Of a DNA stretch of 64,000 bases, positions 39,128 to 49,586 are shown one piece after another. The stretch spans positions 169,167 to 233,166 of the forward strand of contig JBMNHG010000006.1 of the NCBI GenBank assembly GCA_050950285.1, read 5' to 3'. Numbering within the stretch: the stretch's first letter is position 1; every line of letters starts with the position of its first letter. The notes beneath the pieces were generated by a model. That model saw only the letters and a list, made by a program, of their open reading frames with translations. It searched no databases and was not told where the DNA came from. Both the position numbers and the translations under genes were made by a program. This DNA is from Kiritimatiellia bacterium (GTDB lineage: Bacteria; Verrucomicrobiota; Kiritimatiellia; RFP12; JBMNHG01).

Positions 39128-39810
39128 CGTCCTGGCCCTCCTGTACCCCGCAGCCGAAGCTGGAAGAGGACTGCTACGACTGGTACGCCCGCGTCAAGGA
39201 GCGCCAGTCGCTCGTGGATTCCGCCCGCTACGACATCCTCCTCATGGGCGATTCCATCACCCACTTCTGGGAAACCACGCTGGGGCCGCTCACCTGGAAG
39301 AAGCTCTTCGGCCACCGCTCCGTGCTGAACCTGGGATTCGGCTGGGACCGCACCTGCAACCTGCTCTGGCGGATCGGGCACGGCGCCCTGCGCAACCAGT
39401 CGCCGCGCCTTTTCGTGCTCAACATCGGGACCAACAACTTCGCCGCCACCGAGAACTATCCCGGCGACGATCCGGAGGGGGTCGCGCAAGGCATCGCCGA
39501 GGTGGTGCGCCGGATCCGCGACGCCCTTCCCGAGACCCCCATCCTCGTGATGTCCATCTTCCAGCGCGGCTTCAACCCCTCGCCCTTCCGGAAGCTCGTC
39601 CGGATGGCGAACGCCCGCGCCAAGGAGTTGCTCGATGGGATGGAAGGCGTGATCCTTCTCGACATCAGCGAGCTCTTCCTGCTGCCCGATGGCTCGGACC
39701 TCGACGCCTCGCTCTTCCTCGAGGACGGCACCCACTTGAACGAGGCCGGCTACGGACGCTGGGCCGCCGCGCTGGAAGCGGTCTTCGCCCTCCAAACGCC
39801 GCCCCTGTAG
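39124..39810 (+). CDS. GDSL/SGNH hydrolase
   Basis: MGDSIT, NLGFGWD, IGTNN and DGTHLN motifs. Confidence 0.9.
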   Translation: MTSWPSCTPQPKLEEDCYDWYARVKERQSLVDSARYDILLMGDSITHFWETTLGPLTWKKLFGHRSVLNLGFGWDRTCNLLWRIGHGALRNQSPRLFVLNIGTNNFAATENYPGDDPEGVAQGIAEVVRRIRDALPETPILVMSIFQRGFNPSPFRKLVRMANARAKELLDGMEGVILLDISELFLLPDGSDLDASLFLEDGTHLNEAGYGRWAAALEAVFALQTPPL

Positions 39811-39856
39811 GACGTGCGCGCCCCGGGCCGCGCACGCCTCCGCCTCCCCTTTCCCC

Positions 39857-40753
39857 ATGGCCGCCCCCTCCTCCACCTTCCGCTTCCTGCCCGCGACGCT
39901 CGCCGACGCGATCCAGCGGCTCGGCATCCGCGTTCGACGCCCGGTGCGCGGGCGCGGCGAAGGACTCCACCGCTCCCCCGATTTCGGCGCCTCCGTGGAG
40001 TTCGCCGACTACCGCGCCTACGTCCCGGGCGACCCGCCCAACCGGATCGACTGGCCGGTCTACGCCCGAACCGACCGCACGCTCATCCGCCGTTCGATCG
40101 AGGAAACCAGCCTGCGGGCGACCCTCCTCCTCGACGCCTCGGCGAGCATGGCCTTCCGGCAGGAAGGGCCGATGGCGAAGTTCGACTACGCCCGCTTCCT
40201 CGCGGCAGGCCTCGCCTACGCCCTCGTCCGGCAGGGCGACTCCGCCGCCCTCGTCCCCTTCGCCGGCGCCTCGCCCCTCCGCGTTCCCCCCGCCGCGTCC
40301 GTCACCGGGCTCCGCCCCCTCCTCGAAGGTCTCGAATCCCTCGAGCCCGCCGGCCGCGCGGATATCGGGGCGGAACTCTCCGCCGCTGCGGAGCGCATCC
40401 CGTCCCGTTCGCTCGTGGTCATCCTCTCCGATTTCCTCCAGGAGGCTTCCGCCCTCGCCCGCGGCTTGCGGCGCCTCGACCACGACGGCCACAACCTGCT
40501 GCTCCTGCACGTCACCGACGCCGCCGAACGCCGCCTCTCCTTCCACGGTGTCGCCGATCTCCGCGACATGGAGACCGGACGCCGCCTCGTGGTGGACGCC
40601 GACGACGTCGCCCGCGCCTACGCCGTTGCCGCCGACAAGCATTTGGACGCCCTCCGGCGCGCCGCTTCGGACGCCCTCGGCGAGCACTTCCTCTTCGACA
40701 CCCGGGAACCGGTCGCGGACGCCCTCCGCCGCGTGGGATCCTCCCCGGCATGA
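39857..40753 (+). CDS. DUF58 domain protein
   Basis: GLHRSPDFGASVEFADYRAYVPGD..RIDW, LLDASASM and VVILSDF motifs. Confidence 0.92.
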   Translation: MAAPSSTFRFLPATLADAIQRLGIRVRRPVRGRGEGLHRSPDFGASVEFADYRAYVPGDPPNRIDWPVYARTDRTLIRRSIEETSLRATLLLDASASMAFRQEGPMAKFDYARFLAAGLAYALVRQGDSAALVPFAGASPLRVPPAASVTGLRPLLEGLESLEPAGRADIGAELSAAAERIPSRSLVVILSDFLQEASALARGLRRLDHDGHNLLLLHVTDAAERRLSFHGVADLRDMETGRRLVVDADDVARAYAVAADKHLDALRRAASDALGEHFLFDTREPVADALRRVGSSPA

Positions 40754-42807
40754 ACCTCCTCTTCCAGTTCCCGGCCTTCCTGTGGACGCTGCCGCTCGCC
40801 GCGGCGCCGCTCCTTTTCCACCTCTTCTTCCGCATCCGCGCCCGCCAGCGCGCCTTCCCCTCCCTGCTCTTCTTCCTCGCGGCGGACCCACGCCTCGGCA
40901 CGCGCCGGAAGCTCCGCGAAATCCTCGTGCTCGCCCTGCGCTGCCTCGCCCTCGCCTGCGTCCTTCTCGCCCTCTCCCGGCCGATGCTGCGGGGCCTGGG
41001 CGGCGACAACCCCACCCTGCTCCTGCTCGTGGACAATTCGGCCTCGATGGCCGCGACGGACGCCACGGGACAATCGCGCCTCGACCGCGCCATCGCCGGC
41101 GCCACCGCGCTCGCCGGCGATCCCGCCTGCCGCGCCGCCCTCCTCGCCACCACCGTGCGCGATCCGGCGGCCGCCCTCCCGGACGCCCCTTCCGCCGATT
41201 CCCGAAGCACCCGGGCCACCCTCGCCTCGATCCGCCCCACCCACGCCAGGGGCGATCCCGCCGCCGCCTTCACGCGCCTCCGCAACCTGCTCGGCGACGC
41301 CGATGGGAGCCGCTGCGAAGCGCACGTCTTCACCGACCTCCAGGCCTCCGACTGGCTGCGCGCCGGCGAACGCCCGCCCGACCTTCCCCCCGCCGCCACG
41401 CTCTTCCTCCACGACGTCTCCCGGGCCAACGATTCCATCGGTACCGTCGCCATCGCCGGCGTCGCGCCCCCCGTGCGCCCGCCTGTCGCGGGGCGCCCTT
41501 GGACCCTTTCGGTGGATCTCGCGAACGCCGGCGAACGCCCCGCCGAAGCCACTCTCGACGTCGCGCACGCGGATGGCGACCCCGTCCGCCAAACCGTCCG
41601 CCTCGCGGCCCGCGCCCACGCCGCAGTCCCCATGCGCGTCGAAGGCCGCCCGGCCGGCCTCGCGCGCGTCCGCATCGCCGCAGGCGGAACCGCCGCCGCT
41701 CCCGGCGCGGAAGCCTGGATCGGCGTGGACGTCGCCCCCATCCAGACCGTCTGGCTCGCCGGCGACGAACGCGACCACGGGCTCCTCTCCCCGGCCCTCT
41801 CCCCGGACGGCCTCGGCGCCCTCTCCGGCATCGCCGTGCGGGCGGTCCCGGCCGCAACGCTTCCGGACGCTCTCGCCGGAAGCGACTCCCCCGCCCTGCT
41901 GTCCGTCGCCCCCGACGTCTTCGCCGACGCGGACGCCGCCTCCGCCATCCATGCCTGGATCGTCGCCGGCGGAACCGCGCTCGTCCTGCCGGGCCCGTCG
42001 CAGGCCGGGTCGGCCGGCATCGATTCCCTCCCCATCGCCTTCGGCGCCGTCGAGCGCGCCGAGGAGGGCGCACCCCTTGCCGCACTCTCCCCGAACGACC
42101 GGTTCTGGCAGGAGCTGCGCGGGCCGGATGGCGGCGTCTCGTTGTCCGGTTCGCGCGCCTTCCGCTGGCGAACGGTCCGGACCCCGAAAAACGGCACGCC
42201 GCTTCTCGCCGTCGAAAAAAACGGCGCGCCGCACATCGTGCTTTCCCGCTTCGGCCTCGGCGCGGGGAGCGTCTATGCCGGCGGCCTCGCCTTTTCCCTC
42301 GACGACTCCACGCTTCCGCGGCATGCCGCCTTCCTCGCGATGGCGCAGGCGTTCGTGCGCTCCGCCGGCGAGTCCCCCTTCTCCGTCCCCATCCCGGCCG
42401 GCCATGCGCCCGCGGCCGCGGAAGATGCGCCGATCCTCCGCTTCCGGACCGTCGCGGGCGGGACCGCGACCTGGCAGGGGGACGCGCAAACCGTCGCCCC
42501 TCCCCCGCGCGCCGGATTGTATGAAATGGGCGTCGTGGACGCCCCGGAACCGGACATGCCCCGCCTCGTCGCCGTCCGCGGGGACGATTCCGAGGCGGAT
42601 CCGACCCGCGCGGACGCCCGCGACATCCCGATGTTCGCGCAACGCCCCCCCCGCCTGCTGCGCTATTCGAGCGCCCCGGCGACCCTCGCCGCCGTGCGCG
42701 CCGTCCGGACGGGCCGCTCGCTCTACGGTCCCCTGCTCCTTCTGGCCGCCATCGCGTTCCTGGCGGAAACCGTGATCGCGAACGCCCTCCCGGGCCGGAA
42801 AGCCTGA
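40750..42807 (+). CDS. BatA-domain / vWA membrane protein
   Basis: PLLFHLF...FPSLLF...LALRCLALA..LALSRP; VDNSASM; FTDLQ; C-terminal TM. Confidence 0.85.
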   Translation: MNLLFQFPAFLWTLPLAAAPLLFHLFFRIRARQRAFPSLLFFLAADPRLGTRRKLREILVLALRCLALACVLLALSRPMLRGLGGDNPTLLLLVDNSASMAATDATGQSRLDRAIAGATALAGDPACRAALLATTVRDPAAALPDAPSADSRSTRATLASIRPTHARGDPAAAFTRLRNLLGDADGSRCEAHVFTDLQASDWLRAGERPPDLPPAATLFLHDVSRANDSIGTVAIAGVAPPVRPPVAGRPWTLSVDLANAGERPAEATLDVAHADGDPVRQTVRLAARAHAAVPMRVEGRPAGLARVRIAAGGTAAAPGAEAWIGVDVAPIQTVWLAGDERDHGLLSPALSPDGLGALSGIAVRAVPAATLPDALAGSDSPALLSVAPDVFADADAASAIHAWIVAGGTALVLPGPSQAGSAGIDSLPIAFGAVERAEEGAPLAALSPNDRFWQELRGPDGGVSLSGSRAFRWRTVRTPKNGTPLLAVEKNGAPHIVLSRFGLGAGSVYAGGLAFSLDDSTLPRHAAFLAMAQAFVRSAGESPFSVPIPAGHAPAAAEDAPILRFRTVAGGTATWQGDAQTVAPPPRAGLYEMGVVDAPEPDMPRLVAVRGDDSEADPTRADARDIPMFAQRPPRLLRYSSAPATLAAVRAVRTGRSLYGPLLLLAAIAFLAETVIANALPGRKA

Positions 42808-42811
42808 TGCC

Positions 42812-43318
42812 ATGACCACACCCGCCCCACGCCGCCACCAGCCCATCGCCAGCACGCTCGCCTACATCCTCTCGCCCGACGGGAAGCGCGTCCTGCTCGT
42901 CCACCGCACCTTCCGGAAGGACGACGACAACCTCGGGAAATACAACGGCATCGGCGGCAAGATCGAGCGGAACGAGGACGTCGCCTCCGGCATGACGCGT
43001 GAAATCCGCGAGGAAACCGGGCTGGAGGTGGTTTCCATGCGGCTGCGGGGAACGATCGCCTGGGCGGATTTCGGCCCGAAGAAGGAAGACTGGCTCGCCT
43101 TTGTCTTCGTGGTGGACGCCTTCCGCGGCGAGCCGTTCGCCCGGAACGAGGAGGGGACGCTTTCCTGGGTGCCGCTCGAAACGATGGGCTCGCTCCCGAT
43201 GTGGAAGGGCGACCGCCTCTTCCTCCCGATGGTCTTCGACGACGACCCCCGCCCCTTTCACGGATTCATGCGGTACGAGGGCGAAGAGCCCGTCGAGTGG
43301 CACGTCACGCGGATCTAG
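42812..43318 (+). CDS. Nudix hydrolase (8-oxo-dGTP diphosphatase-like)
   Basis: NGIGGKIERNE....MTREIREETGL Nudix box; LPMWKGD. Confidence 0.9.
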   Translation: MTTPAPRRHQPIASTLAYILSPDGKRVLLVHRTFRKDDDNLGKYNGIGGKIERNEDVASGMTREIREETGLEVVSMRLRGTIAWADFGPKKEDWLAFVFVVDAFRGEPFARNEEGTLSWVPLETMGSLPMWKGDRLFLPMVFDDDPRPFHGFMRYEGEEPVEWHVTRI

Positions 43319-43343
43319 CGCGGGGGGACGGGCGGTCGCCGGG

Positions 43344-44684
43344 TCAGGGGATGTAGGCGCCGAGGGCGCGGAGGGCATCCTGCAAGGCGGGGACGTCCAC
43401 CGAACGGGTTTCGCCGTCCGCGCGCGACGCGAGGGCGGCGGCGGCGCCGGCGGCCTGGCCCGTCACATAGCAGCACGGCATCACGCGGATCGAGGCCTGG
43501 ATGGAACGGTCCGCGCTGATGCAGCGGCCCGCCACAAGCACGTTTTCGAGCCGCTGCGGGACGAGCGCGCGATAGGGGATGCCGTAACTTTCGCCGGAGC
43601 CCATGCGGAGGTTGCCGAACTCCTTCTGGAAGCGCTGGAACTCCTCTTCGCTGTCGGGCTTCATCACGTGGATGTCCACGGGATAGTTGTTGCGTCCGAT
43701 TTCGTCCTCGAACGAGGCGCGCCGGAGGAAATCGTCCACGACCAGGATGTAGTCGCCCAGGATGCGGCGCGACTCGCGGACGCCCATCTCGGAGGCCGTG
43801 GCGACGAGCTCGGCGTCGGAGAAGCCGCTCTTGACGTAGTCGCGGTAGTACTTCCGGTATTCCAGGACAAGCTTGCGCCCGTCGAGGAGCGCCTTCGTGA
43901 CCGAGCGCTCGTCGGTGGCGCGGAGGGCGAAGGCATGTCCGATGTTGCCGCCGCCGAGATCTTCCCCCACGCGCCACATTCCGGGGAGATGCTTGTCGCA
44001 CACGCTGAAGACGCCGTCCCGGAAGGCCTGCTCGATGAAGGCGCCCTGTTTCCACAGCATCTCCTCGGACGCCACGCGATCCCAGTCGATCCGGTGCCAC
44101 TGCGAGCACAGGGTACCCGGCATGCAGGTGCCGGTTTCGTCGCCCTCTTCATACGGGGCGCCCGCCCAGGCGCAGAGGTCGCCGTCGCCCGTCGCGTCCA
44201 CGAACACCTTGGCGCGCACGGCGAAAAGGCCGCTCTTGGCCCAGAGGATCGCGGCCTCGACGCGGCCGTTGCCCGCCACCACGTCCACCAGGTGCGTGCC
44301 GAAGGTGAAGTCCACGCCCGCCTCGGCGACGAGCGCGTCGTAGGCGCGTTTGAGCGCTTCCGGGAAGATGGGGTACGAGCCGGACTGGCGGGGGCTGAGC
44401 GGCACCTGCGCGGAGGCCGGGTCGGCCGCGAGCATGCGAAGGATGATCTCCGCGCCAATGCCCGCGCACAGCACGTTCCTGTCGTCGCCCAAGGGCATGA
44501 AGGCCGGGACAAGGCCAAGGGTGCCCATGCCGCCGAACGCGGCGCCGGCCTCGGCGAGGAACACCTTCGCCCCGCCGCGCGCGGCGGCAATGGCGGCGGC
44601 GGCTCCGGCAGGGCCGCCACCCGCCACAAAGACGTCGACGTCATGGCGGACATCGAGGGAGCGCTGGATGCGGAGGGTGGACAT
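43344..44684 (-). CDS. FAD-dependent oxidoreductase
   Basis: VFVAGGGPAG, FVDATGDGD, GVRESRRI, YGIPYRALVP and AGRCIS motifs. Confidence 0.92.
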   Translation of the reverse strand: MSTLRIQRSLDVRHDVDVFVAGGGPAGAAAAIAAARGGAKVFLAEAGAAFGGMGTLGLVPAFMPLGDDRNVLCAGIGAEIILRMLAADPASAQVPLSPRQSGSYPIFPEALKRAYDALVAEAGVDFTFGTHLVDVVAGNGRVEAAILWAKSGLFAVRAKVFVDATGDGDLCAWAGAPYEEGDETGTCMPGTLCSQWHRIDWDRVASEEMLWKQGAFIEQAFRDGVFSVCDKHLPGMWRVGEDLGGGNIGHAFALRATDERSVTKALLDGRKLVLEYRKYYRDYVKSGFSDAELVATASEMGVRESRRILGDYILVVDDFLRRASFEDEIGRNNYPVDIHVMKPDSEEEFQRFQKEFGNLRMGSGESYGIPYRALVPQRLENVLVAGRCISADRSIQASIRVMPCCYVTGQAAGAAAALASRADGETRSVDVPALQDALRALGAYIP

Positions 44685-44819
44685 GGGGAAATCTCCTTCG
44701 GATCTTCGGATCAGGGTTTGTCGACGGGGCAGGCGCATCCCGCACGGGCCCCTTGTGGAAAGGGGCGCACGGCAAACGCCGTACGCCCCCTGTCCCGAAT
44801 GGTCTGGACAACCCGGCGC

Positions 44820-45446
44820 CTACGCGACGAGCTGCAGGGCCAGGTTGGCGGCGGAAGCGGCGTCGGCGGAATAGCCGGAGGCGCCGATTTCATCGCAGAA
44901 GGCCTGCGTGACGGGCGCGCCGCCCACCATCACCTTGGCGGACAGGCCGGATTCCTTCACGGCGTCGACCACGAGCTTCATGTTCGTCATCGTGGTGGTG
45001 AGGAGGGCGGAGACGCCGATCACCTGGGCGTTGTTCTCCCTGGCGAGCTGCACGAACTTCTCGGGGGCGACGTCGATGCCGCCGTCCACCACGTTGAAGC
45101 CCGCGCCCTCGAGCATCATGCCGACGAGGTTCTTGCCGATGTCGTGGAGGTCGCCTTTCACGGTGCCGATCACGGCCGTTCCCACCGGCTCGACACCCGT
45201 GGCCACGAGCTGCGGGCGGAGAATCTTCATGCCGGCCTTCATGGCGCGGGCGGCAATCAGCACTTCCGGCACGTAGACTTCGTTCCTGGAGAACTTGTCG
45301 CCGATGATGCCCATGCCCTGGACCATGCCTTCGTTGAGGATCACGGAGGGAGCGACACCGTCGGCAAGCGCCTGGGTAACCAGCTGCTCCACGTCTTTGG
45401 CTTTGCCCTTCATGAGGGCTTCGCAAATCTGCTCGGTAATCTGCAT
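44820..45446 (-). CDS. Corrinoid (cobalamin-binding) protein, MtbC/MetH B12-domain-like
   Basis: YVPEVL, GTVKGDLHDIGKNLV, SALLTTT and MVGGAPVT motifs. Confidence 0.93.
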   Translation of the reverse strand: MQITEQICEALMKGKAKDVEQLVTQALADGVAPSVILNEGMVQGMGIIGDKFSRNEVYVPEVLIAARAMKAGMKILRPQLVATGVEPVGTAVIGTVKGDLHDIGKNLVGMMLEGAGFNVVDGGIDVAPEKFVQLARENNAQVIGVSALLTTTMTNMKLVVDAVKESGLSAKVMVGGAPVTQAFCDEIGASGYSADAASAANLALQLVA

Positions 45447-45598
45447 CGTCAACTCCTGTCGAACGTTTGATTCCAAGTCGCATTGTGCGGCGCACTGCGC
45501 CCCGATAGGAAACCAAGGGGATGATGACGGAAACGGACGGAAAGCGCAACCTCAAAAAACGGGATGCACACGGCGCGCAACGAGTTTTGGACGCCCCG

Positions 45599-46978
45599 TC
45601 ATCGATGGTCGAGGAAGTCGTGGAGGATGGCGGCGAGGCGGGAGCGGGAAATGGCGAAGAGTCTGCCTTCGGCGGCGCGGATACGGTCGGCGAGGGCGGA
45701 ATAGACGGCGTAGGGGTCGTTCGGGGCCAATGCGCGCAGGCGGCGGACCTCTTCGGGGAAGTGGCCGCGGTTGTGGACCAGCTCCCAGCAGCGGGCCAGG
45801 CGCTGGATGCGGCATAGGGTCTCGAAGTCCATGGCGTCCGAGCGCAACAGTTCGTAAGGCGGCTCCGGGCTGAAGACAAGGCCGAGTTGCCCGGCGTCGC
45901 GGACAAAGCGCGTGCCGGGGAGTCCCTTGAGGAGGTTGACTTGCACCTCGGGCGGCGCACAGGTTGCCACCAGCGTGTTGAAGCCGCCGGCGAAGGATGC
46001 CTCGTCCTCGCCGGGCAGGCCGAAGATGAGGTCGGCGTGTACGTCGGCGCCGGTTTCACGGGCGAGGAAGCGCAGGTTGGCCAGCGTGGTGGCGGTGTCG
46101 GGGCTGCGTCCGGCGGTGGCGGCAACCTGCGGGTTCAGGGTTTGGACGCCCGCTTCGAGATGAAGGGCGCCGGCCGGAAAGCGCGCGAGGCGGCCGGCCA
46201 CATCCGGATGCAGGCGTTCGGGGTTGATCTCGAAGTGCAGACGGGTGTCGCCCGGCGTGACGCGCTCCTGGAAAAAGTCCAGCACGGCGCAGGCGTGGGC
46301 CACGGGCGCGTTGAAGTTGCGGTCCAGGAATTTGAAGCGGCGCAGCCCGCGTTGCCAGAGGCGGTCGAAGGCGGGCAGGAGGCGATCGAGGGGGAAAAGC
46401 CGCAGGCCGCTGCCGGCCGAAGAACAGTATCCGCAGTGGTACGGGCAACCGCGGCTGGTCTCGACGTAGATCGTTCGCTGGCCCAGATCTTCGTCGGTGT
46501 AGAGGTCGTAAGGGAGACGCAAGGAATCCGGATCGAGAAACTGGGGAGCGAAAAACTGGGGAGCGGAAGGGGAAGAGGCGGGGGTCCGGACGGATGCTTC
46601 GCAGAAGGCGCGGAAGGCGGCTTCGCCCTCGCCGGGGATGAGGGCGTCGAACAGAGTGGCGTGGGGGTATTCCGGGGTGATCTCGGGGCCGCCCGCCACG
46701 AGCTTGAGATCCGGCGCGACCCGCCGCAAGATGCGCGCGGCCGACTCGACCAGCCGGACGTTCCAGAGGTAGACCGAGAAGCCGACGATGCGCGGGTCGC
46801 AGGCGGTGATGCGTTCGGCAAGCTGGAGAGGCGTAATCTCCAGGTCGCATTCCAGCATCGCGGCGCGCGGCGCCATCCCGCCGAGGTTGGCGAGCAGCGA
46901 ACGCGCCGCGAACGAGCAGTGGCTGTACCGCGCGTTCACGGCCACCAGCAGGATGTCGCGATGGTTGTTTTCAGACAC
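45599..46978 (-). CDS. B12-binding radical SAM protein (start uncertain; MITE immediately upstream)
   Basis: GFSVYLWN, GGPE, YVETSRGCPYHCGYC and DLIFGLPGE motifs. Confidence 0.9.
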   Translation of the reverse strand: MSENNHRDILLVAVNARYSHCSFAARSLLANLGGMAPRAAMLECDLEITPLQLAERITACDPRIVGFSVYLWNVRLVESAARILRRVAPDLKLVAGGPEITPEYPHATLFDALIPGEGEAAFRAFCEASVRTPASSPSAPQFFAPQFLDPDSLRLPYDLYTDEDLGQRTIYVETSRGCPYHCGYCSSAGSGLRLFPLDRLLPAFDRLWQRGLRRFKFLDRNFNAPVAHACAVLDFFQERVTPGDTRLHFEINPERLHPDVAGRLARFPAGALHLEAGVQTLNPQVAATAGRSPDTATTLANLRFLARETGADVHADLIFGLPGEDEASFAGGFNTLVATCAPPEVQVNLLKGLPGTRFVRDAGQLGLVFSPEPPYELLRSDAMDFETLCRIQRLARCWELVHNRGHFPEEVRRLRALAPNDPYAVYSALADRIRAAEGRLFAISRSRLAAILHDFLDHR

Positions 46979-46996
46979 GATGTCCAGCCTTTGAGC

Positions 46997-47150
46997 TACT
47001 AATTCGGCCACAATTCATATTGCAAAACAGGGGAACGGGTTTTCCAACCCGTGACACGGACAGGAATGTCCGTACCCCTTTCCCAGCTCCAAATTCCAGC
47101 TCCCAATGCCTGAATCTCCGTGCGCAGCGCTATTTGTGGCCGGGTTAGTA
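46997..47150 (-). mobile_element. Single full copy of the 154-bp MITE-like element
   Basis: Reverse complement of the 19838 element with a few substitutions; ends TACTAATTCGGCCACAA ... TTGTGGCCGGGTTAGTA. Confidence 0.85.
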
Positions 47151-47191
47151 ACGTTCGAGCCATCGGGCCAAGGGAAGGTGTTGCCGTCGGT

Positions 47192-49404
47192 TCAGGCCCG
47201 AAGGGAGCTGTCTCCTGCGTTATACACCATCAGGACATCGCCGGGCAACGCGACGACTTCCTTCATGCGCGCGGCGGTTGCGGCCGCATTGTCTTTGCCG
47301 GGCGGATCGAAGCTCGCGAAAAGAACGGCGGAGGGCCGCATGGCTTCACGCACCGCAACGATCGGGTCCGCACACGGCAACACGACGACCTTGGCTTCGA
47401 TACGGGCATCCTCGAGCATTTCGCTCATCGCTGCGGAGATGCTCGTGACATCGGCCTTGGGCGGCACCGGACGAAGGATGCGGATGGGATGGGTGCGCCA
47501 TTCGCTGTTCTTCTTGAGCAGGTAGGCCAGCAGCAGCAAGAGGGAAGCGTCGCGTTCATTGCTCCACCAGACGTTGATCGCGCCGTCGGCGATGACGGTA
47601 TGGGCTTCCTTGTCGACCGCCTTGTTGGCGACGATGACGATACTGCGCTCCATGCGCTTGGCCAGCGCCAGCAGCCCGAAGAACACCTCGGACTTTTCCG
47701 CGTCCTGGCTCCAGCCCAGCAGGAGGGTGTTGGGGCGCAGGCCTCCCAGTCCATGGCATTGCAACATGCCCTGCACACCGGCGTGGATGTTCTCGTCGAC
47801 AACCACCGCCGGGAAAGGCGCCCAGCCCTTCTCTCCCGTATGAATTTGCGCAGCAAAAACTCGGCTTCGCGCTGGCGGGCGACGAGATTGTCCAGGTTGC
47901 CGCGTATGACTTGGCCGATCGAAACGACGCCGTGGCCGGCGCTGAGCCAGCAGGCGTACTCGGCCAGGTGGATGCGGTTGTAGGCCCCGCCGGAGAGCGC
48001 GAGGATGGTGGGCCGCCAGTTCTTGGGGTGGTAGCGTTCCTGTTCGAGGCGCAACAGGGCGTTGCGGGCGCGCTGGTAGGCCAGGCCGCTCTGCATGTCG
48101 CCCCATTTGACCATGATCTCGACACGCCGGATCACGCTGTACAACAAAAGCGCCAGCAAGATGGCGACGAAGGCCCAGAAGGCGTTCACCAGGAACATGA
48201 CGACAAGGCATCCGATCGCGCCGGCAAGGGCGATGGTCCAATGGTTGATGCGGAAGGTCGGCCGGAAGCTGGGGTTGCGCGAGATGAACTCGAAAAAGCA
48301 GGCCAGGTTGACCGTGCCGTAGGTCATCAGGAAAAACATGGTGATGACGGGGGCGACGGTGTCGAGGTCGCCGACCATGATGCCGGCTTGCGCGATCAGG
48401 AACGTCAGGACAATGGCCAAACGCGGCTCGTTGTTTTTGCCGCTGCCGCGACCGAGCCATTGGATGCCGTGGAAAATATCGTCGCGGGCAAAAGCCTGCA
48501 GGATGCGCGGCGCGCCCATCATGCTTCCGAGGGCGGACGAGAGGGTGGCGCAGAAGACGCCGACGTAAAGGAGCGGGCTGAAAAGCGCGCGGTCTTTCAT
48601 CACGAAGCCGTCGCCGATCAATTCCGCCCGCGGCACGCTGCCGGCCAGCAAGAAGGTGACCAGTGCGTAGAGCAAGCCGGTGGCGCCGATGGCCGCGAGC
48701 GTGCCGCGCGGGATCGATCGGCTGGGGTCCTTTAGGTCGCCGGACATGTTGACTCCCGCCATGATGCCGGTCACGGCGGGGAAGAAGAGGGCGAAGATCG
48801 TGAACAAGGAATGTCCGTCTTTCCATTCAGGCGCAAGGTTGGTCTGCAGGATCTCCGGAGAAAACCCCAACACCCCGCCGATCACGAACGAAAGGATGGA
48901 AAGCATCATGAGGGCCAGGATCCAGTATTGGATGCGGATCGTCCAATCGGCGCCGATATACACCACCAGGAAGATCAGGAAGTTGCTGAACGTGGCGACC
49001 GCGCGGAAAGACAGCGGTATGTCGGGGAAAGCGGAAAAGACGGCCTCGGTGAAACCGATGACGTACATGGTGACAGCCACGGTCTGCGCGATATAGAAAA
49101 AGACCGCGATGACGCCGCCGAACTCGGGCCCGAGGCTGCGGCTGATCAGGTAATAGGCGCCGCCCCCCTTGACCCGCATGTTGGTGGCGATGGACGAGAG
49201 CGAAAGGGCGGTGATGACCGTGATGGTCTTCGAGGCGGCCAATATCAGCAGGGCGTTCCACAGGCCGGCATAGCCGACCACCACGTTGAAACGCAGGAAC
49301 ATGATCACGCCGATAATGGTCAGCACGCTCGGCGTGAAGACACCGCCGAAAGTGCCGAATGAATATCCCTGCTTGGCAGCGGACGAGCGTTTGCGGTTGT
49401 CCAT
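47192..49404 (-). pseudogene. Amino acid permease / cation-chloride cotransporter (SLC12-like), frameshifted near 47815-47835
   Basis: GTFGGVFTP, GGGAYYLISRSLG, FFPAVTGIMAG and HPKNWRP motifs; the C-terminal domain (GLGGLRPNTLLLGW) continues in another frame. Confidence 0.8.
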
Positions 49405-49526
49405 TTACAAGACCCACTTTTTACGGCGCAACAATTCGTGTTGCATGATCCACATGTGCAAACAATGCCAAACCGGATGCGGTCCCGTCAAGGAGCGGCG
49501 ACATGCGGATGGGGGCGGATGGGGCG

Positions 49527-49565
49527 AAAAACGGCGCGCCGCTTTTTTCGCGGCGCGCCGTTTTT
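49527..49565. terminator. Bidirectional intrinsic terminator
   Basis: AAAAACGGCGCGCCGC-TTTTTTC-GCGGCGCGCCGTTTTT just downstream of the 49587 stop. Confidence 0.8.
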
Positions 49566-49586
49566 GTCCGGATGCGGGGCGTTCGC

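Noticed and set aside
44761..44791. AGGGGCGCACGGCAAACGCCGTACGCCCCCT hairpin as a riboswitch
   Set aside because: A single short REP- or terminator-like hairpin with no second copy or aptamer core visible.
45447..45598. Cobalamin riboswitch upstream of the corrinoid gene
   Set aside because: No recognisable B12-box or conserved core by eye, and the region is short; an Rfam scan would settle it.
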